A stretch of 64,000 nt of DNA, from positions 11,475 through 75,474 of the forward strand of contig JBEKSY010000013.1 in assembly GCA_049516595.1 (NCBI GenBank), written 5' to 3'. Shown here piece by piece: positions 9,256-18,019 of this stretch (positions are counted from its first letter, which is position 1; each line of letters begins with the position of its first letter). The position numbers and the translations under genes were made by a program. The notes below the pieces were generated by a model. It made no database searches. It worked only from the letters and a program-made list of their open reading frames with translations, and was not told where the DNA came from. This stretch comes from Anaerolineales bacterium (lineage in GTDB: Bacteria; Chloroflexota; Anaerolineae; Anaerolineales; RBG-16-64-43).

Positions 9256-9257
9256 TC

Positions 9258-9752
9258 GTGGAAAAATCAATTGAGGCTCAAGTCGGGGAATTGCTCAGGA
9301 GACACGGTCTTACTCTGGCGCTGGGAGAGTCCTGCACGGGAGGACTCTTGGGGGATCGCATCACCAACGTTCCCGGGTCCTCCGACTACTTTCGGGGTGG
9401 GGTCGTGGCCTACTCCAACCAGGCTAAAGAACGCCTTCTGGGAGTCCGGCAGGTCACTCTTCAGGATCAGGGTGCGGTGAGCAAGGAGACTGCGCTGGAG
9501 ATGGCCCGCGGGGCCCGTACTGTGCTGGGCGCCGATATCGCAGTGGCCGTCACGGGGATTGCCGGTCCGGGGGGGGCTCTCCCCGGCAAGCCGGTGGGCC
9601 TGACCTGGGTCGCTCTTTGCGGGCCGAACAAGGAATGGGCCGGGGAATTCACTTGGGAGGGGGAGAGGCTTTCCAACAAGCGCCAGTCGGCCGAGGCCGC
9701 GCTGCAAATCCTGCTGGACTATCTCAAAGGTCTGGCCGCCAGGGGTGGGTAG
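9258..9752 (+). CDS. cinA: CinA C-terminal domain protein / nicotinamide mononucleotide deamidase (PncC family)
   Basis: ESCTGG, GSSDYFRGGVVAYSN.AK, GAVS, VTGIAGPGG..KPVG. Confidence 0.92.
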   Translation: MEKSIEAQVGELLRRHGLTLALGESCTGGLLGDRITNVPGSSDYFRGGVVAYSNQAKERLLGVRQVTLQDQGAVSKETALEMARGARTVLGADIAVAVTGIAGPGGALPGKPVGLTWVALCGPNKEWAGEFTWEGERLSNKRQSAEAALQILLDYLKGLAARGG

Positions 9753-9858
9753 AACGAAGGCGGACTCGGTGCAGAATGGGGGATGGGTGCGCGAGCCTGA
9801 TTGGGACGCTTGGGGTGGGGGGGTCTCTTCCGCGGTGGCGACCACTCCCGATTCGAGC

Positions 9859-11634
9859 TCAGCCGGAAGTCTGCCCGAGGCGCGCGCGTTCCTGCTCGAT
9901 GAGTTCGGGGGGCAGCTTTCGATAGAGAGGCTGGGGCTCCCGCAGGAGCTGACCCGGTCGCAGCGTGCCGGGTCTCCATGCCCCCGTAGCTTGACCCGCC
10001 TGGTAGAGAAGGATGGGACGGGCCCCCAAACGGTCGTTGCTTTCCTCCAGCCGTTGCGTTCCGAAGCAACTTCCCTCATTGCCGAGCCAGCGGCCGACCC
10101 TTTCGGCCGAATCCGGCAGGAAGGGGGCCAGCAGAGTCTTTAGCGAATCGATCGCCCGCAATGCAGTGAAGATCGTGCGAGCGGCCGCAATTGGGTCGCT
10201 TTTGATTTGGAACCATGGGCTCTGCTGGTCCAAATAACGGTTGACTTCCGTCGCGAGCCCCATGGCCTCAAGTAGCGCGGCTCGAAGCTCCACCGCCTCC
10301 AAATGCGCGCCGACGCGCGGGAACCCGTCCTCCATCCGGGCGAGGAGGGCTTGGTCTTGCGCCTGCAGCTCACCCGGGTCCGGCACCTGGCCGGGCCAAT
10401 TTCGGTAAGCGAACGTCAGCACCCGGTTGACCAGATTGCCCCAGGTCGCCAACAGCTCGTCGTTGTTGCGCCGAAGGAAGTCCTCCCAGGACCAGTCCGT
10501 GTCGTGCGACTCGGGCATGTTCACGGTGAGGTAGTAGCGGACGGGATCCATCCCATATCGCTCGATGACGTCCTGGCCCCACACGGCCCAATTGCGGGAA
10601 CCGGAAATCTTCTTTCCCTCCAGATTCATGAACTCATTGGCTGGGACATCAAAGGGCAGGTTCAGGGTCCCGTCGGTCGGGCGCGCATATAGCTTGGAGG
10701 CGCCCATCAACTGAGCTGGCCAGATCACGGCATGGAAGGGAATGTTGTCCTTGCCGATGAAGTAGTAGCTGCGGGCTCCGGGGTCATACCACCAGGCCCT
10801 CCAGGCCTCGGGATCTTGCGCGTGGGAAGACCATTCGATCGAGGCAGACAGGTAGCCAATGACCGCTTCAAACCAGACGTAGAGGCACTTCCCTTTCCAG
10901 CCCGGCTCGGGGACCGGGATTCCCCATTCGAGGTCCCGGGTGATCGGCCGACCGTGCAGTCCCTGGGCAACCATGTTGCGGGCGAACTTGAGGACGTTCG
11001 GCCGCCAGTGATTCTTTTCCGTGGACAAATAGGAGGAGATGGCGGGGCTGAGCTTCTCCAGGTCCAGGAAATAGTGCTCGGTCTGGCGAGGGACCGGGCG
11101 CGAACCATCGATTCGGCTGCGAGGGTTGATCAACAGGGTCGCGTCCAGAAGATTGCCGCAGTTGTCGCACTGGTCTCCTCGCGCGTTGGGGTAGTGGCAC
11201 AGATAACATTCCCCCTCTACGTAGCGATCGGGCAGGAAGCGCCTATCCTTCTCCGAGTACATAATGAGCTGCTTGCCCCGATAGAGGTAGCCGTTGTCGC
11301 GCAGTTGCAGGAACAGATCCTGCGAGACCCGGAAGTGGTTCTCGGTGTGGGTGCTGGTAAACAGATCGTAGGTCAAGCCGTAGGCCAGGAAGAGATTCAG
11401 AAAACGTTTGTGGTAGCGCAGATAGACGGCCTCGGTGGGAATCCCTTCCGCGTCGGCGCGAACCGTTACGGGGGTCCCGTGGGCATCGGTGCCGGAGACC
11501 ATCAGTACCTGATTGCCCTTCAAGCGGTGGTAGCGGGAGAAGATGTCTGCAGGGAGATACGATCCGGTGAGATTCCCGACGTGAATATCCGCGTTGGCAT
11601 ACGGCCAGGCGACCGCGACGAAGATGTTCGTCAT
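9859..11634 (-). CDS. metG: Methionine--tRNA ligase
   Basis: AWPYANADIHVGN, Zn knuckles CYLC/CDNC, YVWFEA, IGKDNIPFH, KISGS. Confidence 0.96.
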   Translation of the reverse strand: MTNIFVAVAWPYANADIHVGNLTGSYLPADIFSRYHRLKGNQVLMVSGTDAHGTPVTVRADAEGIPTEAVYLRYHKRFLNLFLAYGLTYDLFTSTHTENHFRVSQDLFLQLRDNGYLYRGKQLIMYSEKDRRFLPDRYVEGECYLCHYPNARGDQCDNCGNLLDATLLINPRSRIDGSRPVPRQTEHYFLDLEKLSPAISSYLSTEKNHWRPNVLKFARNMVAQGLHGRPITRDLEWGIPVPEPGWKGKCLYVWFEAVIGYLSASIEWSSHAQDPEAWRAWWYDPGARSYYFIGKDNIPFHAVIWPAQLMGASKLYARPTDGTLNLPFDVPANEFMNLEGKKISGSRNWAVWGQDVIERYGMDPVRYYLTVNMPESHDTDWSWEDFLRRNNDELLATWGNLVNRVLTFAYRNWPGQVPDPGELQAQDQALLARMEDGFPRVGAHLEAVELRAALLEAMGLATEVNRYLDQQSPWFQIKSDPIAAARTIFTALRAIDSLKTLLAPFLPDSAERVGRWLGNEGSCFGTQRLEESNDRLGARPILLYQAGQATGAWRPGTLRPGQLLREPQPLYRKLPPELIEQERARLGQTSG

Positions 11635-11699
11635 ATTCCACTCAGCACGGTGAGGGTGTGAGCGGATTGTAACATGGGGGGTTCAAGGGGCAAGGAACT

Positions 11700-12911
11700 T
11701 CAGGCTAAGTAGTCGCGAAGTTGACGTGCCCGGCGGGGGTGGCGCAACCGGCGGAGGGCGCGACCCTCGATCTGACGAATGCGCTCTCGAGTCAATCCGA
11801 ATTTCTGTCCGACCTCTTCGAGGGTATAGGCGCGCTCGCCCGAGAGTCCGAAGCGCAGGCGCAGAACGCGGGCTTCGCGTGGGCTCAGGGTCGCTAGGAC
11901 TTCCTCGACTTTCTCCCGGAGGAGGCGGGTGAACGCGCTGTCACTGGGCGTCGGGGTATCGTGATCCTCCACGAAACTGATCAGTTCCTCGTCCTCCTCC
12001 TCGCCCACTGGGCTCTCCAGGGAGATGGGCCTCCACGAGACCTTCAGCATCCACTCCACCTTCGAGGTTTCGATGCCCATCGCCTGACCGATCTCCTCCG
12101 TCGTGGGCTTGCGGCCCACCTGCTGCTCCAGTTCGTGGGCGGTTCGATAGAGGCGACGGATGCGGTCTGTCATGTGGACAGGGACCCGGATCGTCCGGCT
12201 CTGGTCTGCAATCGCGCGAGAGATGGTCTGGCGGATCCACCACGTGGCGTAGGTGCTGAAACGGTATCCGCGGTGGTAATCGAATTTCTCGACGGCCTTC
12301 ATGAGGCCCAGGTTCCCCTCCTGGATCAGGTCGAGGAAGGGGACCCCGCGTCCCATGTACCGCTTGGCGATGCTTACCACCAGTCGGGTGTTGGCCTTGA
12401 TCAGGTGCTCGCGGGCCTGTCGCCCGTCTTCGGCAATGCCTTCGAGCTCGGCTTGCCTGTGGACCTTGCGCAAAGTGCCGTTCCCCCGGTGGTTCCCGTT
12501 CTTGCGTTCCAAGCTCTTGCGTGCCGAGTTGCCGTGCTCGATGCGGACCGCAAGGGAGACCTCCTCCTGGAGGCTGAGGAGAGGCACGCGGGCCATTTCT
12601 TTCAGGTACAGGCCGACGGTGTCGTCGATGGAAATTCGAGCAAGATCAAACTCGCCTTGGGCGCCTACAGGGTCCGGGTGGTGAAGGCTGGCCGGCACCT
12701 CTTCTGGACCGTCGAACACTTCGATCCCGGCACTGCGCAGAAAGGTCAACAGCCTTCCGATGTCCCCTCGCGATCGTTCCGCCTCGGGGTAGGCCTCCAT
12801 GATGTCTTCGGTGGTCAAGTAACCCTGGAACTGTGCCTTCTCCAGGAGGTCCGCAACCTGCGCTCTGTATCCATAGCGCTGCATCCCGCGCCTCTCCTCA
12901 CCGCCTTCCAT
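11700..12911 (-). CDS. RpoD/SigA-family RNA polymerase sigma factor
   Basis: Region 1.2 YLKEM, 2.2 [10 protein letters not shown], 2.4 [10 protein letters not shown], 4.2 [18 protein letters not shown]. Confidence 0.93.
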   Translation of the reverse strand: MEGGEERRGMQRYGYRAQVADLLEKAQFQGYLTTEDIMEAYPEAERSRGDIGRLLTFLRSAGIEVFDGPEEVPASLHHPDPVGAQGEFDLARISIDDTVGLYLKEMARVPLLSLQEEVSLAVRIEHGNSARKSLERKNGNHRGNGTLRKVHRQAELEGIAEDGRQAREHLIKANTRLVVSIAKRYMGRGVPFLDLIQEGNLGLMKAVEKFDYHRGYRFSTYATWWIRQTISRAIADQSRTIRVPVHMTDRIRRLYRTAHELEQQVGRKPTTEEIGQAMGIETSKVEWMLKVSWRPISLESPVGEEEDEELISFVEDHDTPTPSDSAFTRLLREKVEEVLATLSPREARVLRLRFGLSGERAYTLEEVGQKFGLTRERIRQIEGRALRRLRHPRRARQLRDYLA

Positions 12912-13041
12912 TCGGGCGACTTGATTCTTGGGTCAAGCGCTCGCTCGAAGGACGGTCTCACCCAGCCTGCCAGTCCAGACTCCCCAGGGCAGAGCTTCGA
13001 AGGAAACGGCCCCCCAGGCCGTCACCATCTGTTTCCCTTTC

Positions 13042-13647
13042 TCAATCCCCAGATGCAGATCGTAACTTGCGCCGGGACCCAGGCGGACGGCTGTGGCGAC
13101 CGGAGCCGAACTCACTGGGCGGCCTGTCCTTGGTGTCGAGAATCTGAATCAGCTGCGTGCTGAGCCCGCCTCTTTCCTCCTCGACCTGCGGATGGCTGCA
13201 ACTGGACGTATTCAGATCGTTCCCGCATACTGGACACAGCCCCTTGCAGTCTGGCTTGCAGACGGGTCGGAGTGGAAAATCGAGGATCATGTACTCGCGG
13301 AGCAGCGGGTCAAGGTTCAGGATCGCGTTCTCGCCAATCGCCAACAAGGGGTCGCTCGGGTTGGGTGGCGGGTAGAGGAACAGATCCTGCAGCGTCGCGC
13401 TCAGCGGAAGCGAAAAGGGGCTGAGGCATCGCACACATTCCGCTGGCGTGCCGGCACGCAACGTCCCGGACACCAGGACCCCTTGCGGCGTTCGATCTAA
13501 GGAGAGAACCCCATGAAGATTGCGCAGTTCCAGATCAGTGCCGAGGATGAGCTTTTCCTCGTCAAAGTCCATGGTCCGGACATATCCAGCGGTCTGGCCA
13601 AGCAGGAAACCAACATTAATGCGAAGCGGGTGATTGTGATTACCCAC
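13042..13647 (-). CDS. DUF177 / YceD family protein
   Basis: LRINVGFLL, ECVRCL, CKPDCKGLCPVCG. Confidence 0.9.
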   Translation of the reverse strand: MGNHNHPLRINVGFLLGQTAGYVRTMDFDEEKLILGTDLELRNLHGVLSLDRTPQGVLVSGTLRAGTPAECVRCLSPFSLPLSATLQDLFLYPPPNPSDPLLAIGENAILNLDPLLREYMILDFPLRPVCKPDCKGLCPVCGNDLNTSSCSHPQVEEERGGLSTQLIQILDTKDRPPSEFGSGRHSRPPGSRRKLRSASGD

Positions 13648-13685
13648 AACGGCCTCTATGGAAAAACGTACCGTTAAACACAGGG

Positions 13686-13715
13686 ATTATAGCATGGGGC
13701 GATTCTTAAGGTCAA
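13686..13715 (-). promoter_or_regulatory. Sigma70-type promoter for yceD-sigma
   Basis: Minus strand TTGACC-N18-TATAAT with TGn extension. Confidence 0.65.
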
Positions 13716-13960
13716 TCTTCAATCTTTAGTGTTTCAGTATATAGTCTAGCAATCTGTGTTGTATCAGCCTTATGGGCCCTGCCGCGGCCTTGTCGGAGGG
13801 TTCCCGCTACCCGGCGAAATATGGACCTTGGGCTCGCTGGCCAGGTCCGCCCCCAAGTCGACCGCGGCCATGGACCAAACACGGGAATCGCGCTTCAGGC
13901 TCCATTCCCTGCGGGTCAGAAGGGCCCCTCCATGTCTCGGTGAGGGAGGAAAGGAGGGCC

Positions 13961-13988
13961 TTGACACGTGGGGCTGATCTATTAGAAT
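13961..13988 (+). promoter_or_regulatory. Sigma70-type promoter for the cysteine synthase operon
   Basis: TTGACA-N16-TAGAAT. Confidence 0.65.
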
Positions 13989-14080
13989 TGGGATCGAACT
14001 TATCCGAGTGAGGGCCTCTGGCCATGCAATGGTGCAGGTGTCCTAAGCGGGGGCCATAACCGCTCTGCGCGTGAAAAGCC

Positions 14081-14180
14081 AATAGCCAACCGGCCAAGGG
14101 CGGTTTGCCTCCGCGAAACTGAAAGTCGGGTTCTCGCGCCGAAGGCGATTGCCCTTTCGTGTCGGTTGGCTATTTGTTTT
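14081..14180 (+). promoter_or_regulatory. Long leader hairpin with U-tract (candidate attenuator) before cysteine synthase
   Basis: AATAGCCAACCGGC(14081-94)/GTCGGTTGGCTATT(14161-74) and AAGGGCGGT/ATTGCCCTT, then TTTGTTTT immediately before the GGAG RBS. Confidence 0.5.
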
Positions 14181-14191
14181 GGAGATCGACC

Positions 14192-15127
14192 GTGGTCACC
14201 GAAGTAAGTTCCCAGATTCGTCTTGGCCTGCAGCATCCCCTTTGGGTTGGGAAAACACCCCTGCTTCCCCTGCGCAGGCTGGACCCGGGATTGCCCTCAA
14301 GAGTGCGCTTATTCTGCAAGGCCGAGTGGCTCAATCCCAGTGGGTCAATCAAGGATCGACCCGCCTGGTATATCGTCCGCGAGGCACTCCAAACTGCCGA
14401 GCTCAGGAGTGGGAAAGCGCTCTTGGACTCAACCTCGGGCAACATGGGAATCGCCTATGCCACGTTGGGCGCAGCGTTGGGCTTTCGCGTCCGCTTGGTG
14501 ATTCCTGGAAACGCCAGCCCGGAGCGGATCTCGATGCTCCGCGCTCTTGGGGCAGAACTCCTCGTGAGTTCGCCCCTCGAGGGATCCGATGGAGCCCAGG
14601 AGTTGGCCAGGCACGAGTTCGACCAGGATCCGGACCGATTCTTCTACGCCAACCAATACGGCAACCCGGCCAATTGGAAGGCCCACTTCGAAACCACGGG
14701 GCCCGAGATCTGGAATGAGACCCGCGGTTCAGTGACGCACTTGATCGCAGGTCTGGGGACGACGGGAACCCTGACGGGCACGGGAAGGTTCCTGCGAATG
14801 CAGAACCCGAGGATCTACCTGGGCGCGGTTCAGCCCGACTCGCCGTTCCATGGCCTGGAGGGTCTGAAGCATTTGGCGACTTCCCATGTCCCAGGGATCT
14901 ACGACCGGGGGCTCCAAGACGAGGTCCTTGAGGTGGAGACGGAGGGAGCCTATGCGATGGTCAAGCAGCTCGCCAGGGAGGAGGGCCTTTTTGTGGGGGT
15001 TTCTTCAGGAGCCGCCGCCCTCGCCGCACTACGAGTTGCGCGTCGCCTGTCGGAAGGCTCAATCGTAGCCATCTTCCCGGATTCCGGTCACAAGTACCTG
15101 TCCGAAAAGTTTTGGAGTCAGGCATGA
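14192..15127 (+). CDS. PLP-dependent cysteine synthase (CysM-like)
   Basis: KAEWLNPSGSIKDR, STSGNMG, GTTGT, GLEGLKH, GVSSGA, FPDSG.KYLS. GTG start behind GGAG. Confidence 0.92.
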   Translation: MVTEVSSQIRLGLQHPLWVGKTPLLPLRRLDPGLPSRVRLFCKAEWLNPSGSIKDRPAWYIVREALQTAELRSGKALLDSTSGNMGIAYATLGAALGFRVRLVIPGNASPERISMLRALGAELLVSSPLEGSDGAQELARHEFDQDPDRFFYANQYGNPANWKAHFETTGPEIWNETRGSVTHLIAGLGTTGTLTGTGRFLRMQNPRIYLGAVQPDSPFHGLEGLKHLATSHVPGIYDRGLQDEVLEVETEGAYAMVKQLAREEGLFVGVSSGAAALAALRVARRLSEGSIVAIFPDSGHKYLSEKFWSQA

Positions 15128-15618
15128 ACAAGATCGCTATCAGTTTGGAGGCCCTAGAGCAGATTCGCGCCCACGGCGAGTTGAGCTACCCGGACGAAGG
15201 CGCTGGCCTTCTTCTGGGAAAAACAAGGGATGGGGCCAGGGTCGTGCTCGGCGTTCATTCCCTTGAGAATCGGCGTGTGGGCGAGGCCCGCCGAAAGCGC
15301 TACCTGATCGAAGCCGCGGAGATCCTGAGGTCAGGAGAGCAGGCTGAATCCAAGGGTTTGGAGGTCGTCGGCGTTTTCCATTCCCATCCGGACCATCCCG
15401 CCCGGCCTTCCGACACCGATCGCGAGTGGGCCCTGCCTTGGTATTCGTACGTTATCACCTCGGTCGAAAGGGGAATAGCACAGGTGACCAGTTCCTGGCG
15501 GCTGAGGGAGGACCGATCCGGGTTTGAGGAAGAACGGATTGAAAGCGGGGACGGGGCCGTCTCGGGCTTGGATCCGGCGGTCCGCTGGAGGCTGGGCAGA
15601 GAGCAAGGAGCTGGCTAG
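15124..15618 (+). CDS. JAB/MPN+ (M67) metallopeptidase, Mec+-like
   Basis: YPDEGAGLL; JAMM motif FHSHPDHPARPSDTD. Confidence 0.92.
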   Translation: MNKIAISLEALEQIRAHGELSYPDEGAGLLLGKTRDGARVVLGVHSLENRRVGEARRKRYLIEAAEILRSGEQAESKGLEVVGVFHSHPDHPARPSDTDREWALPWYSYVITSVERGIAQVTSSWRLREDRSGFEEERIESGDGAVSGLDPAVRWRLGREQGAG

Positions 15619-15645
15619 TTCGTTCTTCAGCAAGGTGGAGGGAGC

Positions 15646-15918
15646 ATGGCCATCGTTGTCTTGCCCGCACCATTACGACCGTATGCATCGGGAAACAAAG
15701 ATGTGGCGGTGAGAGGCGGGAGCGTGCGTGAGGGGCTGGCCGACCTCGTGCGCCAGTATCCGGGTCTTGAGGGTCATTTGTTCAATGAAGAAGGTGAACT
15801 CCGGCCTTTCGTTCACCTTTTTCTCGATGGAGAGGAGGTCACTCAGCGCGAGGATGCTGGCGTGACTCTGAGGGAGGGTTCGCGACTGATGCTCGTCCCC
15901 TCGATTGCCGGCGGCTAA
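15646..15918 (+). CDS. MoaD/ThiS family ubiquitin-like sulfur carrier (CysO-like)
   Basis: 90 aa; VVLPAPLR, LRPFVHLFLDG, C-terminus PSIAGG. Confidence 0.92.
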   Translation: MAIVVLPAPLRPYASGNKDVAVRGGSVREGLADLVRQYPGLEGHLFNEEGELRPFVHLFLDGEEVTQREDAGVTLREGSRLMLVPSIAGG

Positions 15919-15989
15919 GAAGACCGTCCCTGGCCTTTTTGGTCGAGTACAACTGGATCAGGAAAGAATCCCAATCTGGAGGTATGGAA

Positions 15990-16280
15990 ATGTCACGGTA
16001 TGTTGTTCGACATCAGCATGACTCGGAGCATTGCCCAGCCAAGGACCCCAAGATGGGAGAGATGTTGCTCTCTCACCTGAGCCCCGCCAATGCCAGTAAG
16101 TATGGCGTGAGGCTGGAGGGGGAAGGGGTGATCGATGGTCAGCATACTTTGTACCTGATCTTAGACGCCGAGCGAGAATCGCAGGTGGAGAACTTCATGC
16201 AGCCGTTCGCGCAGGCAGGACCGATTGAAGTCCTGGCCGCCTCGCCGTGCGAGGCGGTGGTCGAAAGGGGGGGCTGCTGA
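15990..16280 (+). CDS. Small uncharacterised protein (DUF3303/GYD-like) ending in Gly-Gly-Cys
   Basis: GGAGG RBS; MSRYVVRHQHDSEHCP...HTLYLILDA...CEAVVERGGC; lies in the operon. Confidence 0.75.
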   Translation: MSRYVVRHQHDSEHCPAKDPKMGEMLLSHLSPANASKYGVRLEGEGVIDGQHTLYLILDAERESQVENFMQPFAQAGPIEVLAASPCEAVVERGGC

Positions 16281-16408
16281 GGTCTATAATCGCAGCCGGG
16301 GAACACGAGGGGCGAGGCCCGCTATCCGCAGGCGATCGCGCGGTTGTGGCATTCGTCGAGGGAAGGCATTCCGCCCTGCGCAGAGCGAATGAGGCACGGA
16401 GGTTGGAA

Positions 16409-17608
16409 ATGATCAGTTCGGTGCTTGAGAGACACGCGGAGTGGCGCGGGGCGGAATTGCCGGAACTGACCCGGGAGGAGATCCTGCGCTACAGCCGCCA
16501 CTTGCTCATGCCGGAGGTGGGTCTGCAGGGTCAGCGCAAGCTCAAGGCAAGCAGCGTCCTGCTGATCGGCACCGGAGGCCTGGGATCGCCTCTCGCCCTG
16601 TACTTGGCCGCGGCAGGCGTGGGGCGCATCGGCATCGTGGATTTTGACGTGGTCGAGGCCACCAACCTGCAGCGTCAGATCATCCACGGGACATCCCAGG
16701 AGGGGAGACCCAAGGTGGAAAGCGCGCGCGAGCGCATGCTAGATATCAATCCCCTCATCCAGGTGGACGCCTACAACGAAGCATTCACCTCGACAAACGC
16801 GATGGAGATCGCACGCCCATACGAAGTAGTCGTCGATGGGACCGACAATTTCCCGACCCGCTACCTGGTCAACGACCTGTGCGTGCTGTTGGGAAAGCCC
16901 AACGTCTACGGCAGCATCTTCCGCTTCGAGGGGCAGGTCGGGGTGTTTGACTCCGGCCGAGGTCCCTGCTATCGCTGCCTCTTTCCTGCGCCACCCCCGC
17001 CGGGCGAAGTTCCCTCCTGTGCCGAGGGGGGCGTATTCGGCGTTTTGCCCGGCACCATCGGCACCTTGCAGGCAACCGAAGTGATCAAGCTGTTGCTGGG
17101 GATCGGCGATCCCCTGATCGGCCGCTTGCTCCTTTACGACGCGTTGGAGATGAGCTTTGAGGAGCTGCGGCTTCGGAAAAACCCGGATTGCCTGATCTGC
17201 TCAGAGCACCCGACAATTGACCATTTGATTGACTATGAGGCGTTTTGCGGTGTGCCAAGCCACGATCATGGCCAGGAGACTGTCGCCTCGGATTGGGACA
17301 TCGAGGCCAAGGAACTGAGCGAGAGACTCCATCGGGGGGAGCGCCTGCGTCTCATTGATGTTCGTGAGGCCCATGAATGGGAAATCGCGCACATCGAAGG
17401 GGCTGAGCTCGTCCCGCTTGCCGTACTTCCCGAGCATATGCATGAGTTCGACAGTGCGGAGAACATGGTTTTCCTCTGCAAATCGGGCAGCCGGTCCGCT
17501 CGGGCGGTCAAACTGCTGCGGACGGCCGGCTTCCGGAAGGTGCGAAACCTCCGCGGCGGCATCAATGCCTGGTCTCGGGAGGTAGATCCCTCTGTGCCGA
17601 TCTACTGA
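16409..17608 (+). CDS. moeB: MoeB/MoeZ adenylyltransferase with C-terminal rhodanese domain
   Basis: RYSRH, GTGGLGS, TNLQRQ, DGTDNF, CYRC..SCAEGG; rhodanese IDVRE..E and CKSGSRS. Confidence 0.93.
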   Translation: MISSVLERHAEWRGAELPELTREEILRYSRHLLMPEVGLQGQRKLKASSVLLIGTGGLGSPLALYLAAAGVGRIGIVDFDVVEATNLQRQIIHGTSQEGRPKVESARERMLDINPLIQVDAYNEAFTSTNAMEIARPYEVVVDGTDNFPTRYLVNDLCVLLGKPNVYGSIFRFEGQVGVFDSGRGPCYRCLFPAPPPPGEVPSCAEGGVFGVLPGTIGTLQATEVIKLLLGIGDPLIGRLLLYDALEMSFEELRLRKNPDCLICSEHPTIDHLIDYEAFCGVPSHDHGQETVASDWDIEAKELSERLHRGERLRLIDVREAHEWEIAHIEGAELVPLAVLPEHMHEFDSAENMVFLCKSGSRSARAVKLLRTAGFRKVRNLRGGINAWSREVDPSVPIY

Positions 17609-18019
17609 CCTGCAGGAGAGAATGGCCGCGGAGGGGGCGGGACCCAGCGCCCTGGGCGCCACCGTGACGCACCGCGGGCCTTTCATTAGGGCCAGGCTCC
17701 CCGGAGGTGCGGTCACTCCGCGGCGAATGGATCCTGGGACGAATCTAATTGGCCCTTTCGAGTTTGGCAAGTGACAGTGCGGAAGTCTCTGATTAATCAG
17801 CTTGTGTTGCGACATCTTGGGCGAGGGGACCGAGAGAAATCGTTTGATTCCAGGCAAAGTCAGTCCGTTCCTCCACGAGCCAGCGTAGGACTCCCGTCAG
17901 GTGCGCAGTGCAGGCGGGTGGTATAATCCAATTCCAGACCCGTTTTCCCCTGTGGAAGCGGGTCCTTCCGACCCAAGTCCCATTCGCATTCTCGACATCC
18001 GAATTCCTGGAGAGAGGTC

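Noticed and set aside
17640-17810. Hairpins after moeB (GTGACGCACC/GGTGCGGTCAC; CTGATTAATCAG palindrome)
   Set aside because: Short and compatible with chance or termination; no other support.
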